Part shown: positions 14,192-27,259 of the stretch, piece by piece
Numbering within the stretch: position 1 is the first letter of the stretch
Layout of the letters: each line of letters starts with the position of its first letter
Assembly: GCA_051362555.1 (NCBI GenBank)
Contig: CM120643.1
Coordinates: forward strand, 6,696,001-6,760,000
Reading direction: 5' to 3'
Source: Lingula anatina
Lineage: Eukaryota; Animalia; Brachiopoda
Length of the DNA stretch: 64,000 nt
Program-made: the position numbers and the translations under genes
The notes under the pieces: model-generated
The model's input: the letters and a program-made list of their open reading frames with translations, nothing else
The model's database searches: none
Told to the model about the DNA's origin: nothing

Positions 14192-17072
14192 ACAAGGCAG
14201 CAAAGCTGTCAAATGTAGAAACACAAAGCAGAAAATAAAGATGCAGAAAATAGGTCATTTTGTCAAATCTGATGCAATTTAATAAATAATGTTTATAACA
14301 GCACAGTCAATCAACACTAAAATTTAATCATGCACAATAGGTAACATGGTCAATAAGATTACAGTTTCACATATTGTGAAAAATGAGAAAAATGATAGTG
14401 CATAAAATAATTTTGTATAATGTTTAAAGGTATTAACACCAATATTATAGCTTATGTGGAAATACAGAAAATGTACAAAGCTTCGGGTGGGTGGGATCAC
14501 ATCTTGAAGATGCCAGTGTTTGAAAAAAAAAATTAAAATAAAACATAACAAACAATATTCCAATAAAGCTGCTATTCAAACTTTTAATCTAGTTTTATTA
14601 ACACGATATGAATAACCCCAGTGAGTATGAGGATAATAAGGCACTGTTATTCATCTATAGCATTTATGTTAGCATTACACAAAATAATTTTTTTCTTTTG
14701 TAAAATTACATGCAATATCAAGCAACATTTACCTGCATAATTATCACTGATTCCTAATTATGTGACACTGTTAATTTCAGACTTTTACAAACTGTATCTG
14801 GCAGAGAGCTAAACATATGGGAGTTTACAGGGAAATCTCAACATATGTGTAATGTATGTTTACTAATGTAATCTCATTCAATGGCCAGAAAAATCAACCA
14901 ATAAGACTTGTTTTCCAGCTAGAGCTGTATTTAAGTCCTGTTTCTTTCCTGTAATTTCAGTCATGATGAAACTGTAGGTCTGATCACTGATGACCAGCCA
15001 AAACTTGTCAAGATGGTAAAAAATTGTACTTCGGCAGTCCAAAGGACCAGCAAGATTTTTAAGTGTCACCATTTTGAATTTACAGTCATCATTTGACATA
15101 CTTCACTAACAGCGTTTTTTTTTTCCCCCTCCATTTACTTATCAGGCAAGATATAAAAAATGATAACATTCACAGACAAAGTAAGCTAGCCAATCATAGT
15201 ATCTCTCTCAAACGAATAGAGTGATTCCCTATGGGGAAGCCCCCTGCTCCCGATATTACTTGCTCTGGCATTGTCTATTGCTCACGACACACAGACAGCT
15301 ATCAAGAGAGTGGTCCATGCTGCCAAGCATATGTTAACACGGCAGGGCAAATGTTTCCGGACAAACTTTTTTCTTTGAAAATAACGTTGGTAGCATAGAA
15401 ATGAGGTCACCTGATTAACTCAGTAAATTTGATTTCTCAGTTATTGGTACTTCTGTTTATATTCAGCCTGCGGCATATCACTGTTTTACCTAAAGATGGT
15501 TTAAAAGTTTGGTCAATTCTTCGAACGCGATTCGTGGTGAAAGAACATAAAGCCACACTTTTTTATTTTTATGGATGACATCCTCTGGGGACCCCGAAAT
15601 CTGTGTGAGAGGGTGAAAAAAAAAAACATTAAAAAAAAAAAAAAATACTGCTTAAGTAAAGAAATGCTGAATGTTTCTTGCTAAACGGTAAAACAGTTTT
15701 CCACTTATCATGTTATTGGTGTTGGATACACGCTAAAAAAAAAAAAGCTTAAAAACAGCCTTACTTTTCACAAAATGGTCCAATCATGCTGATTTTTTAG
15801 CTTGACCCGCGTTTTATGAATATTCATCAGTTCTGTAAGTTTCAAGCGAAAAGGTAAAATGGCTTTCCACTAATCGTGTTAACGGTGAAAGTGCATGGCG
15901 ACGACGACAACGACAGACGCAGGTAACTGCTATATGTAGAGACACATCTGTGTTTGTACATAAAAGACTGCTGAGATGAGAAAATATCAATAGAACAATT
16001 TTTAATTTCCAATTTGCACCATTTTGAGATTCTGAACATAGTGAGAGATTGAAACTACACTGATGTGACTTTATTTCCATTTCTGACACTATATTACACA
16101 ATACAAGGTTACAGGTTAACCATCATTTTTATACAATCAACTACCAAAATTGTTTAGGTGCAGAAAATGCCAAAAGAACACTTTTACATGACTGTCTAAT
16201 TAGTTCAATAATGACACTGTTAACATGCCTAAGAATCAAATTCATAGTGGATAAAATATGCTGAAAAAAGTAAAAAACAGCACAACTTTTGGAGAAATGG
16301 TCTGATCAGACTGATTTTTAAACTTGACCTGTATTTTATGTATACTCATCAGTTCTGCAAGTTTGAAGACAAAAATTGAAATGGTTTTCATTTTAATTGT
16401 ATAACCATAGATTAAATATCCTAAAAAAAAACCCAAAAAACAGAATAACTTTTTGAAAAATGGTATGGAACAGGCTGACTTTCAAACTTAAGCTGTATTT
16501 TATGAATATTCATCAGTTCCGACACAAGATAGTTTCACGTTTTTTATCCAATAAGGGTAGATAGAATATGCTGAAAAAAAATGGAACAATGGTCTGATCA
16601 GGCTGATTTTGGCATTTCACTTGTGTTTTTATGAATATTCATCAGTTCTATGAGCTTAAAGATTAAAGGTAAAACAGTTTTCATATTAGTTTACTCTGAA
16701 GTGCCTAATAATAGTGCCGGCACGATTATTTTTTTCCCGGAAATTTTCCACCCGGCACGATCTTATTTTCCCTAGCACAATTAAGAATATCCACACGGGC
16801 ACAATTATTCGGCTAGGCACTATTATTAATTTCTGAAAATTTTCAGGGGGCACAATTATTCCAGTAGGCACTATTATTTGGCACTTCAGAGTACTGTTAT
16901 GTAATAATGAAAGTGCACGATGATGACAACGACAGCATAAGCAAAGGCTATATGTACAGACACATCCGTCTGTACAGAAAAAAATGGTTAGATCATGCTG
17001 ATTTTCAAATTTGACCTGAATTTATGAATATTCATCAGTTCGAAGAGAATAGGTCAATGTGTCTGTACATAA
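14192..17072. mobile_element. Older, fragmented HINE copies with secondary insertions
   Basis: Left terminus at 14192; degenerate hairpin ends at ~15933-15962, ~16951-16977 and ~17058-17071; diverged 161-bp monomers. Confidence 0.7.
16694..16891. mobile_element. ~198-bp Tc1/mariner-pogo-type MITE
   Basis: TIR CTCTGAAGTGCC(T/A)AATAATAGTGCC at both ends, TA on both flanks, internal GGCACAATTATT sub-repeats; inserted in a HINE monomer. Confidence 0.85.
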
Positions 17073-17308
17073 ACACTGACATCAATTCCAGTGTTGGGCT
17101 TGACAAGCTCTACAAAATGCAACAAACAAGATGTCTCTAGCATTATAAGTTCCAAAATAGGTGTAAGAGAGTTTTCAGTTTTGGCACCAAATGACTGCTT
17201 CTCCCATAGAAATGCACGGATTGACCTCAAACTTAAGAAAATGAAAAAAGACCGTAAGAGTAACTCTTCATTATAATATGACGGCTTAGGTCTGTGTAGT
17301 TTCTGAAA

Positions 17309-19784
17309 ACAAGGCAGCAAAGCTGTCAAATGTACAGACAAAAACACAAAATAAAAATGCAGAAAATGGTTCATTTTGTCAATTTTGATGCCTACAATAG
17401 CACTGTCAATCAACACTGAAATTTAATCATGCACAACAGGTGACATCGTCAATAACAGGAGCTGATCCAGAGATATTTTCTGACAGTATTCCAAATTATC
17501 TTTGTTGATCCATCCTACATTTTTGATGGTCTTCCAACAGAAAAAAGAGATACCCATCAATGTGAACTTTAAAATCTGAAAGACCCAGAAGATGGCCTCA
17601 ATCCACCCCTGCAATAAGATTACAGTTTCAGGACCAAATTCACATAATGAAAATCCCAATATCTAAATAATGATGACAGTGCATAAAATAATATTACATA
17701 ATGTTTAAAGACATAAAAACCAATGCAATGCTTATGTGGAAATACAGAAAATGTGAAGAGCTTCAGGTGGATGGGAGCTGAAAATGCCAGTGTTTGAAAA
17801 AAAAAATTAAAAAGAAAACACAAAAATATCCCATTAAAGCTGCTATTCAAACTTTTAATCTTGCTGTAATAACATGATATGAATAACCCCAATGTGTTTG
17901 AGGATAATAAGACACTGTTATTCACTTATTTTTGTTTTGTTTTGTTAACTTATTTGCAATATTAAACAACATTTACCTGCATAATTATCATAGATTCCTA
18001 ATTATGTGACACAGTTAAGAGAGCTTAACCTATGGGACTTTACTGGGAAGTCTCAGCGTGTGTTTTATGTAATCTTATTTAATGGGCACTTGGAAATCAA
18101 TTAGGCAAATGATTTTATAGCTCTGAATTTAGCTTGTGACTACCCCAAGGGGCAATTACCACCATCCATACGCAGTAGCCCCATATAGCACTCTATAGAG
18201 CTACATTGCTTCCAAAACAGAAAACAATCACACTGATTTTCCAACACAAACTGCACATCAGTCTTACGAAACTTTTCAGTAAGTTTGAGTATCATAAGTA
18301 ACATGGTTTTTCCTTAATGGTCATTCCGGCAGCCATTTCCAAAATTAGGGTTTTCTTCAACTTTTATGCAATATAACATAATGACCATCAATTTTTAATA
18401 ATAAAATAAAAGTATCATGGATTTACAGAAAATGTGACATGGAAATGTCTTCAAGGCCATGGAAGTTCAGAGTCACACTTTCAAAATGCTAAAATGTAAA
18501 CAAACAAAAGATAACTGTATTGAATTGATTTTCTTTCCATTTTTAACATATTTTTTTCATATAACAAAATAATCAATTTACTGTCATTTTTAAATGAACA
18601 ACTAAGAAAATTGCTGACATAGGAAAAATATCAATAGAACAATTTTAAATGTCCATTTTGCTCCATTCTGAGATTCTGAACATGGTGAATGATTGAATCT
18701 GACAAACTGTAAAGATATGAGTTTATTATTATTTCCATTTTTGACACTTTGTTACATAATACACAATAACAGATTAACCATCTTTTTTATATAATCAACT
18801 AACAATATTGTTAAGATGCAGTAAATGTCAAAAGAACACCTTTACATATTTAATTAGTTCACAGAGAAGATTGTTAACATGCCTAAGAATTAAATCAAAG
18901 GAAAAAAAAACCCACTTATATACAAAAAAAGGCATAACTTCACCAAAACTGAACCATTTTCAAACTCCATCTGTATTTCAGTAAGACTGATCTCCCCTGT
19001 AAATTTCAAGACAATTGGCCAATTGATTTTTCTTGAAATGCGTTAGCGGTATTGCATACATGCTGAAAAAAGTGAAAAAAACAGCATAACTTCCATAAAA
19101 TTGGTCCGATCACGCTGATTTTCAACCTTTGCCTATGTAATATGAATATTCATCAGTTCTGTAAGTTTCAAGCCAAAAGGTAAAACAGTTTTTCACTTAT
19201 CGTGTATCAGTGTTGCATATATGCTAAAAAAATGAAAAAATAGCATAACTTCCATAAAAATGGCCCGATCAAGCTGATTTTCAAACTTGACCTGCGTATT
19301 ATGAATATTCATCAGTTCTGTAAGTTTCAAGCCAAAAGGTAAAATGGCTTTCCACTTATCGTGTTATCGGTGCTGCATATATGCTGAAAAAAGTGAAAAA
19401 ACAGCATAAATTCCCTAAAAATGACCCAATCATGCTGATTTTCGAACTTGACCTGCGTATTATGAATATTCATCAGTTCTATAAGTTTCAAGTCAAAAGG
19501 TAAAATGGTTTTCCACTTATCGTGTTATCGGTGCTGCATATATGCTAAAAAAAGTGAAAAAACAGCATAAATTCCCTAAAAATGACCCAATCATGCTGAT
19601 TTTCGAACTTGACCTGCGTATTATGAATATTCATCAATTCTGTAAGTTTCAAGTCAAAAGGTAAAATGGTTTTCCACTTATCGTGTTATCGGTAAAAGTG
19701 CACGGCGACGGCGACGACGGCAACGACAGCGACGACAGACGCAGATGATGGCTATATGTACAGACACATCTGTGTCTGTACATA
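17309..19784. mobile_element. Apparently complete ~2.5-kb HINE (non-autonomous Helentron)
   Basis: Both termini intact (stem-loop end at 17309; microsatellite plus perfect hairpin at 19755-19784), flanked by A-runs, ~4 young monomers at 19060-19690. Confidence 0.85.
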
Positions 19785-21067
19785 AAAAGGCACAAACAAT
19801 TTTTTTTTTTGCAGAAAATTCCCATTTTTACAAATTTTTTGCCGGTTTGACATTGAAAAGATCATTTGCAACAATTGCTACTGGAAAGAAAGCTACTAGT
19901 AAATAAGAAATGTTTGAAAAGGAGACCAAGAACAACATAAATGGACAACATAAAAGAATAAACAGGTCAAAAAAAAGTATAGTTCAAGTATTTGAGAGAT
20001 GTGGTGATCCATGACAGCCAACCTGCTATGAGTGGATGGCACCCAGTGATGATGAAGTACACTCAATTTATAGAACAATTTTGGGTAAATAGTTTTAAGG
20101 CCCAGATCTCAAAACAAGGATGACTTTTATTGTCAGTTATCAATTTCTGTATTCTTAGCTTAGTTATGCCAAAAAATTCTACTTCGTGCAAAACAGGCAG
20201 TAAGCACCCCCCCCCCCCCAAATAGCAATAAGATTCTATCACAAAGTGTTACGTCTACTTTGACCTCTTTCACAATATTTTTAAAGAATTACTCTGTTCA
20301 GAAAAATTATAGTGTTACTTCCTTACCTTATGTGAGGGATTTTTTTCAATTCCACGCTCAAAAACTTGTGCAAATATGCAGATTTCCCTTTCACCATACT
20401 AAAAGGCACCTTGAGAACCTCTCTGTATCCTGCTTGATATAGGAATTTTTTGTCAGCCTTTGCTTCACCTGGTGAATAAAGGAAACCAAATCAATGTAAC
20501 ATAAAACATATTTCAATGTCTTACTGAGAGGAAATGTGTGCCTAAATGCACTGAAAAATTAATATTTACACAAAGAAAACCTATTCATGTCAAAACTTTA
20601 TCACATAGACATATAACACATTCAAATTAAGATGGCCTCTGTTTGAAGCGTGAAATAATATACTGTTACCTGGGAAATATATACCACAGCATGTTGAGAT
20701 TTAGTGAGGCAGTGGAGTATAGTACTTTTTATTTGACATACATACAGAGAGAAAATACTCATTCCCCCCCCCCATAAAAAATTACCAAAAAACCAAAAAA
20801 GGTACATAGCCATAGTCAAATAACATCTTTAGGTATTACTGATAAATGCTGATTGAAATCAACAAGGCAGGTGCACAGCTTGCAACTTACATATGTTGAA
20901 TTTATATGAGAAGTGTATTATACAAGCGTCAGTTGTCTACATTACTCTCTATTGATACATCATTGTTGTCCTTTGTACCCTATTGTTATTCTCAGTACCC
21001 CATTGTTGTTATGGCTATATAAGCTGGCCCTCAGTGGGTAACCAGCAAGTATATAGGAGAAATAGGC

Positions 21068-23116
21068 TCAATACACTGAAGTCAAGCTTGTGTTAGTTAT
21101 AACCCAAAGCCACTCATGGCAGCAGGGTGGGCTTACTAAAGCCGTCTCTACATACAACAACCACATTTTTAACTCACCAGTTAACATTGGCTTGTTGATA
21201 AAGAAATCTTCATCATGAAGAATCCACACTGCTATTCTTCTCCATCTTTCTGGCAAGGCAGACATGTTTTCCATTTTGAGGAATCCATTTTCATCAAAGA
21301 CTCTGGGCACCAGCTTCATGTCTACAGGCTCATTCAATTCATTCAAACAGAACTCCACAATAGGACGATATATGGGAAGTACTGGTGTGACTCTTGCCAT
21401 GTGGGGACCACCAAGAATCATCTGTACAGCCTCTAAAACAGTCTTCTTTGAGGAATGCTGACATATATTTTTCAATTTATCTGCACAGTATTGAATACCA
21501 TCTGCTTTGTAAAGGCTTGGTGGAATCTTCCTAACATACTTGTCAATTTGCTCTATTTCTAACCTTCCACACAACTCCACAATATTTATACACCCTTTTG
21601 TCTTCATGACATTTAATGATTCCTCCTTCATCAGACCAGACTGGAAACAACTATTAAGTATTCTACTGAAGACTTCATAATAGCCATGATGGCGCATCAA
21701 ATCACAAGTAATGGAAAGCAATTTGAAAGGGGGGATATTTCTCCCTTGGTTTTGCACTAAATCAACCACTTTTTTTAAAAAAGCAATATTTGTATTGCAA
21801 TCCATTAGTAGGTAAGCATGAACTAAACTATGACCACCGTCCCCATCGATATCTTGTGCATTAGCCACAAAGTTCTCAGCAACTTTCAACAGCATTTCAT
21901 GATCAGAATAATACATTATACCAAATTGCCATGTAATACCAATTTGATTTCTCAATGGCAACAAAGATGCGTGCTTCTTAAATATCTCAGCAAGTTCTGT
22001 AACATATTGTACATCCATGAAACCTTTATTCAACTTCTGCTTTTGGGCTATGCCCAACATCCATTTAATGCACAGAAATGCACGTATCTTGTATTCTTCA
22101 GTTCCATCACGAAGCAGAATCTCCAACCCCTTCCATAAAATGTCAGAGGGCACCAAATATTCAACACTTTTACAGAGGCTGACATACCTGTACACTTCTC
22201 TCGGCTCAGAGAATTCACTGTCGAATTTCAGCTCCTGTAAAAAATGTCTTACATCATTTGCATCCACCCATTTTCCACCCAGTTCACAAGAATAGTATAT
22301 TGCAGATTGTAGAACACTAACAAGCCAGTGAATTTCTTTGCCTCCAAGTTCTTTCCTCTCTTGCTCTGCCTCACTCATCAAGTGCTTCAAGAAAATCCTT
22401 ATCTGCTCTTCAAAGTACTTCTGCTTGTGTAGTAAAGACAGATGTAACCATCGGTGGCAGGCCTCTACCCTAGACTTAACATGCCATTCGGACCATAACT
22501 GTGACATGTGTCTCTCCAGTTCTTTATAAAACTGAAGGATTTCTGGAGATGGCTGAATTAAAACCCCAACTACCAACAATCCGATTAACTGACGTGGAAC
22601 ACTTCCCTCCATCAAACCTTTGTCGAGGATGGTTAGCAGGGCTGATGATAACCTGTCATCTTGTAGAAGATGAGTGTTTTGATATTTTGGTGAATCCCTC
22701 GAACATTTAAGACTAACGACTGCATATATATACCGTAGCACTCCGCCAAGGTCTTTTTCGGCATTACTAGCTCCGTTCTCGTAATCACTAATAATCTCCG
22801 CTTCGCTCCTTCCATCTTGCAAAAGGTCCTCATTCGCCTCTCTTTCGAAACGATCTTGGTTGCGTCTGATGATGACGTTATATTCATTTTCCGTGAGTTT
22901 TTTTGTAGAGTATGACAGCTCAGTCCCAGTGGTAACTTTCCCCATCGTCCAACCCCACATCTTGTGAAAGCTTCGCCTTCGGAGTTGAGAGACGGCACAT
23001 GTAAATCGCAGCGATTGATGGCATTGTGAGGGTTGTGCCAAACACTGAGTTATTCTACCAACAAAACTGTGTCGACTACAACTTCGGTAGACATATCTCA
23101 GTGCCGAATAAAACAT
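21068..23116 (-). CDS. FAST kinase domain-containing (FASTKD5-like) mitochondrial RNA-binding protein; intronless, ~682 aa, RAP domain apparently damaged
   Basis: Longest ORF. The first in-frame ATG (23116) opens an Arg/Ser-rich, acid-free presequence (MFYSALRYVYRSCSRHSF...LRRRSF). Helical body. C-terminal ILGGPHMARVTPVLPIYRPIVEFCLN and RIAVWILHDEDFFINKPMLTGELKM resemble FASTKD5 LGGP..V....LP...DLEVQLD and the RAP motif, as recalled. Confidence 0.8.
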   Translation of the reverse strand: MFYSALRYVYRSCSRHSFVGRITQCLAQPSQCHQSLRFTCAVSQLRRRSFHKMWGWTMGKVTTGTELSYSTKKLTENEYNVIIRRNQDRFEREANEDLLQDGRSEAEIISDYENGASNAEKDLGGVLRYIYAVVSLKCSRDSPKYQNTHLLQDDRLSSALLTILDKGLMEGSVPRQLIGLLVVGVLIQPSPEILQFYKELERHMSQLWSEWHVKSRVEACHRWLHLSLLHKQKYFEEQIRIFLKHLMSEAEQERKELGGKEIHWLVSVLQSAIYYSCELGGKWVDANDVRHFLQELKFDSEFSEPREVYRYVSLCKSVEYLVPSDILWKGLEILLRDGTEEYKIRAFLCIKWMLGIAQKQKLNKGFMDVQYVTELAEIFKKHASLLPLRNQIGITWQFGIMYYSDHEMLLKVAENFVANAQDIDGDGGHSLVHAYLLMDCNTNIAFLKKVVDLVQNQGRNIPPFKLLSITCDLMRHHGYYEVFSRILNSCFQSGLMKEESLNVMKTKGCINIVELCGRLEIEQIDKYVRKIPPSLYKADGIQYCADKLKNICQHSSKKTVLEAVQMILGGPHMARVTPVLPIYRPIVEFCLNELNEPVDMKLVPRVFDENGFLKMENMSALPERWRRIAVWILHDEDFFINKPMLTGELKMWLLYVETALVSPPCCHEWLWVITNTSLTSVY

Positions 23117-23223
23117 GATTACATGATTAAAATGTTCCCAGTACTGAACACGTCCATGGCCTCCACCTCGACCACGAGGCAGTTGAGGCAAGCTCCCATT
23201 TGTAGAAACGGTAGGTCAGGTCA

Positions 23224-23234
23224 CAAAATGGCGG
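23224..23234 (+). promoter_or_regulatory. YY1-type motif CAAAATGGCGG in the probable promoter/5' region of the FASTKD gene
   Basis: Consensus match ~110 bp upstream of the ATG in a CpG-richer patch. Confidence 0.5.
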
Positions 23235-23421
23235 AAGACGGCATCTCAGGCTACGAGGAAAAATTGACATAAAAAGCGGAACCTCATACTAGAGAATAAA
23301 CACCCCTTTCAACGCAATTTTCACGTGAACAGCCAAAACCGGTATTTTTTATATCATGCTACCTTTTCTCAAGCATCTGCTCTGGCTATAATTAAGGGCA
23401 CGGGTTCTTTTAAAAACTTAG

Positions 23422-23620
23422 AGGGATAATAACTGTTCATTTTGGCCAAAAAATGAATTTACTGGGGTAAACAACAATTTTTCAAGTCTTACTAATGGTT
23501 AATGAACACATCCCAGCATTCAAAGTTATTCCCTGTTTTTTTCTGAAAAGTTTTTTTTTTTTTTTTGAATATTCTCTTAGCTGGCCTATGCTAGAAAGTA
23601 TATCAAATTGATGTCATCAC
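23422..23620. mobile_element. Partial copy of the TTAA-target MITE found at 48696-49066
   Basis: AGGGATAATAACT..C.TTTTGGCCAAAAAATGAATTT..TGG.GTAAACAA is the reverse complement of the right end of that element. Confidence 0.7.
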
Positions 23621-23762
23621 TCAGCTGGCTCTGGTACAAAATAATTTTGTAAAGGCATTATTGATTGACAAAAATGTCTCTTTTACTTGGAAAAGACGTC
23701 CTTTAAAAAATAATTTGTCTGTGGAGATTTTAGGGGATAGTGAAGAAACAATTAAAACTGAC

Positions 23763-23960
23763 AGCTCATCAAAGGGATACCTGGATAAATGAGACTATCT
23801 GATTACCCCACTTCTACCTGGAGATGTGCCTTCATTAAGGCTAGCAACATGATTAACGGGGGGAGGGGGGAGGTTGAAACAACAATGAGTGACAGTAAGT
23901 TCATCAAAGGGATACCTGGATAAATGAGATTATCTGTTATCCCTATCTCTACCTGGTGAA
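23763..23960. repeat. ~60-bp direct duplication
   Basis: TCATCAAAGGGATACCTGGATAAATGAGA.TATCTG.TA.CCC..CT.CTACCTGG occurs twice, ~135 bp apart. Confidence 0.8.
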
Positions 23961-25387
23961 CATTTTGATCTAAGGGAGGCATTTATAATTTTTCTCAGTG
24001 TCACATTGTTCATTTTTATAATTATATTCATTACAGGGGGGATTGTCCGGGGATCGGTTGTTAAGGGGGTAATAGCCAGGGGGGGAGGATTTTCCGGGGG
24101 GGGGGGGGGGGTCCTAATACCTGCGACCACATCGCATCCAGCCACCTAGCGCGTTCAAATATTTTTTCAATTTGTCATCCTTTCGCTGTCATTTTCTTGA
24201 ATCCCTTAATTAATATGTACGGTTAGCAATTCTTGATAATCTCACACAAAGTGATTGTGGCTTCAAAATACATTTATTTAAGACATATAAAACAACATAT
24301 AACATGGCACCGACAACAGACAAGATTGGCCACTCACAGGCCAGCATAATGTTATAATTATGATATTTATTCTTGCAAATAAAAGTTAGATTTTACATGC
24401 ACTATAGAAGAGTGATAAAAGTAACTAAAACACATTATGACATTATCCACTAACAACATAAAGAAGATTTAACTGAATAAGTTATGAAATCAATCTGCTC
24501 TTTAAAATAGTTCAATAACATAAAATAGGAATTCAATAATTAGAACATAAGATAAATCATATAAAAATTCTGAGGGTGTCTTGGGGAATGTGAATATTCT
24601 ATAACTTTTGGTATAATAAATGATCTGGTTTATGATCTTCCATACATGCTCTTCCATACACATACATACATACATACATACATGAATATTTAACTACTTA
24701 AATCATCGCGCTCTTTTGCACAGGAATGGAATTTGTCTCTTTAAGGCCGGGGTTAACGGGGTGTTTGGATAAGTATCTTAAATATGTAGTGATACATATA
24801 GGTAGGACACAAAAATATTCTAGTAGAAAACAAAATATTTATCATTAATTGCAATTAATATAACAAAAAATCCACATTTGTATGTTTATGTCAGACGAAA
24901 TGTCACAGTTACAATCTACACGTGTTTGCAGGGACACTCTCTTTTTTTTAGTCAATTCTTTTTCCATTAAAAGGAAGATATTTTACTCTCTTATCTCGCA
25001 GACCCCGAAGTTAAAATTGTTTTCGGTTGATACAAATTGAAATACAGGGTGTCCCAGTATAAACGTAACCCAAAAACGTGAAGGCCGTTTATTTTCTGTT
25101 TACAATTATGTACAATTTATATTTATATACATGTATCTGAAAACTGCAGAAGTTAGCAAATCTACTGCTACATGTACAAACAACATGTCACGTGCTCTAC
25201 TGGCAAAGATTTTGTCTTCATTTATAGAAAATACTCCAAATATGCTCTGTTATACATTGCACAGTGTCTTTCAATTCAAAATGTAGTTTTATCAAGTAGT
25301 AAACATTAGAATGTCAATTCGAGGACTAGCGAAAACGTTCTTCAAATTTGTAAAGTGTATTTAACGAAACTGACCTGGGCACTCAGT

Positions 25388-26820
25388 CAATTCAATTCAA
25401 TTCAATTTATTAAACCTTTAAGCCCTACGGCTCATCAGAATATAAAACAGTGACAATATAAAGTTATATCTAATCAACTACCATGACTACAACAACTACT
25501 ACTGATACAAACAATAATAATAATACGAATACTTATAATAATAATAATTCATCAGATTGACATTAATCTTAGTTCCGATGCACATTTCAGGTATTTTCTC
25601 AAATTGTTTAATTGCGATACATTGTTAAGTGATAATAATTTAATTAATTTAAAGACACTTGGTTTTGTATAATAAAATTTCTTAATATATTTCTGCCTAA
25701 TCGTGTTGTAGTGAGGGCATTTAAGAATAAAATGAAATTCATCCTCTACGTCGTTTAAATTGCATAACTTACAGATTCTTAATTTCTTGTTTGTGTCTGT
25801 GTATCGGCCAGTCTCTACAGCTAGATTATGTGATGAAAGCCTAAATTTTGCGATAAGTTCCTTACTTTTCTGTGAAATTGGCTTGTTCAAATAAAATTGC
25901 ACTGTGAAATTATCAACAAGGTGTTGATACAGAAGCCCTTTACTGGCTGTGAATATTTCTCCTGTCAGTACTTGTCTAAAATGATCCTTCAATATTTGTT
26001 CTATCAAAGACAGTATACACACATCCGACATGTTTTCATAAAAAATAAATGACATACCCATTAATTCAAGGTCCTTCCGTATACACATATACGTATACAC
26101 AAATTATCGTTAAGGATATCTTTATAGCATGTTTGTATAATACAGTTTTTTGAAGAGCGGATTTTCAGCCAATATTTAAAAATTCTTAGTTTTCTACTAA
26201 AAAATAAGTGGATATCGTCCAGTTTCATAATATACTAAGTTATTACTAGTGTTTCTTTTAACACCCAGCATTCTTTTCAAAAAATCAGCATGTACCTTTC
26301 TTATATCCTTTGCCTTATTGAATCCCCATATTTCTGATGCGTAATTTAAAATACTACCAACGTACGTATCAAAGACTGCACACCTGGTGGACACATTAAA
26401 GTTATGGTTTTTTAACATGCTGCTAATAGCAAATAATGCTTTTTTACCCTGTTCTGCTATATGTTTTTGGGTTTGACAAAACTTTCCATTAAAATTAAAA
26501 AGTAATCCGAGATAACTTAATTGATTCACCCGTTCTAAGACAACACCGTTATATTTCCATTTCTCTTCAGCCCATAACTTACCCCCATTTCTAAAGACCA
26601 TTGTTTTTGTTTTTGCTGTATTAACCGTTAAATTCCAATTTTGTGAGTATAAATTCAGGGTATCTAGAAGTTTTTGTAGTCCTTGAGGCGTTTCCGATAA
26701 AAGTACAGTATCATCTGCGTACATAAGTAAAAAAAGGTTTATGTCCTGTATTTCAATACTTTCACAGTTTTCCGACAAGCAAAAAATTTCAAAATCATTC
26801 ACATACAAACTACATATTCC
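25388..26820 (-). mobile_element. 5'-truncated LINE (CR1/L2-group): RT C-terminus, Cys motif and microsatellite tail
   Basis: LLMYADDTVLL, LTVNTAKTK.MVF, YLGLLF, FRLSSHNLAVETGRY, CKLC...EDEFHFILKC; ends AATAAA(TTGAA)n on the minus strand; stops and frameshifts present. Confidence 0.9.
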
Positions 26821-27259
26821 TCCGTTTAAATCGCACCGCACGCACAGTCTGTTGTCACGTGGTCTTCTGACCCACCTGTCCATCAATCATCACTGTACTA
26901 AATATAAACATATCAATCATACACTGTAAATGTACAAAGTTCATTAAGTTTCCTGTTATAACCTCTCAGCAAAATTGAACTAAATGTAACGTACACCATC
27001 CCACCAAGGAAAATTTCAAATTTTATATTAAAAGAAAAGAAAGAAAAAAACAAGGGCAATTACAAAAGATCTCATGTTGTGGGATCTTTCAATATTTGAT
27101 TTAAGCTTTCAAGTAAGACAATTATTTTTTTTTATCAGCGATAAGACAAAAAGAAGATATCCTCCAACAGAAGTAAATGTTACTGGAAATAAAAGGACTA
27201 AGGACAAAGTCGGTTATAAAAACTTTATTCAACTGGGGCCTACCAAAAGTCGCATGCTT

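Noticed and set aside
23117-23191. N-terminal MPQLPRGRGGG extension of the 707-aa ORF
   Set aside because: It starts at TTG; the first ATG (23116) gives a more plausible mitochondrial presequence.
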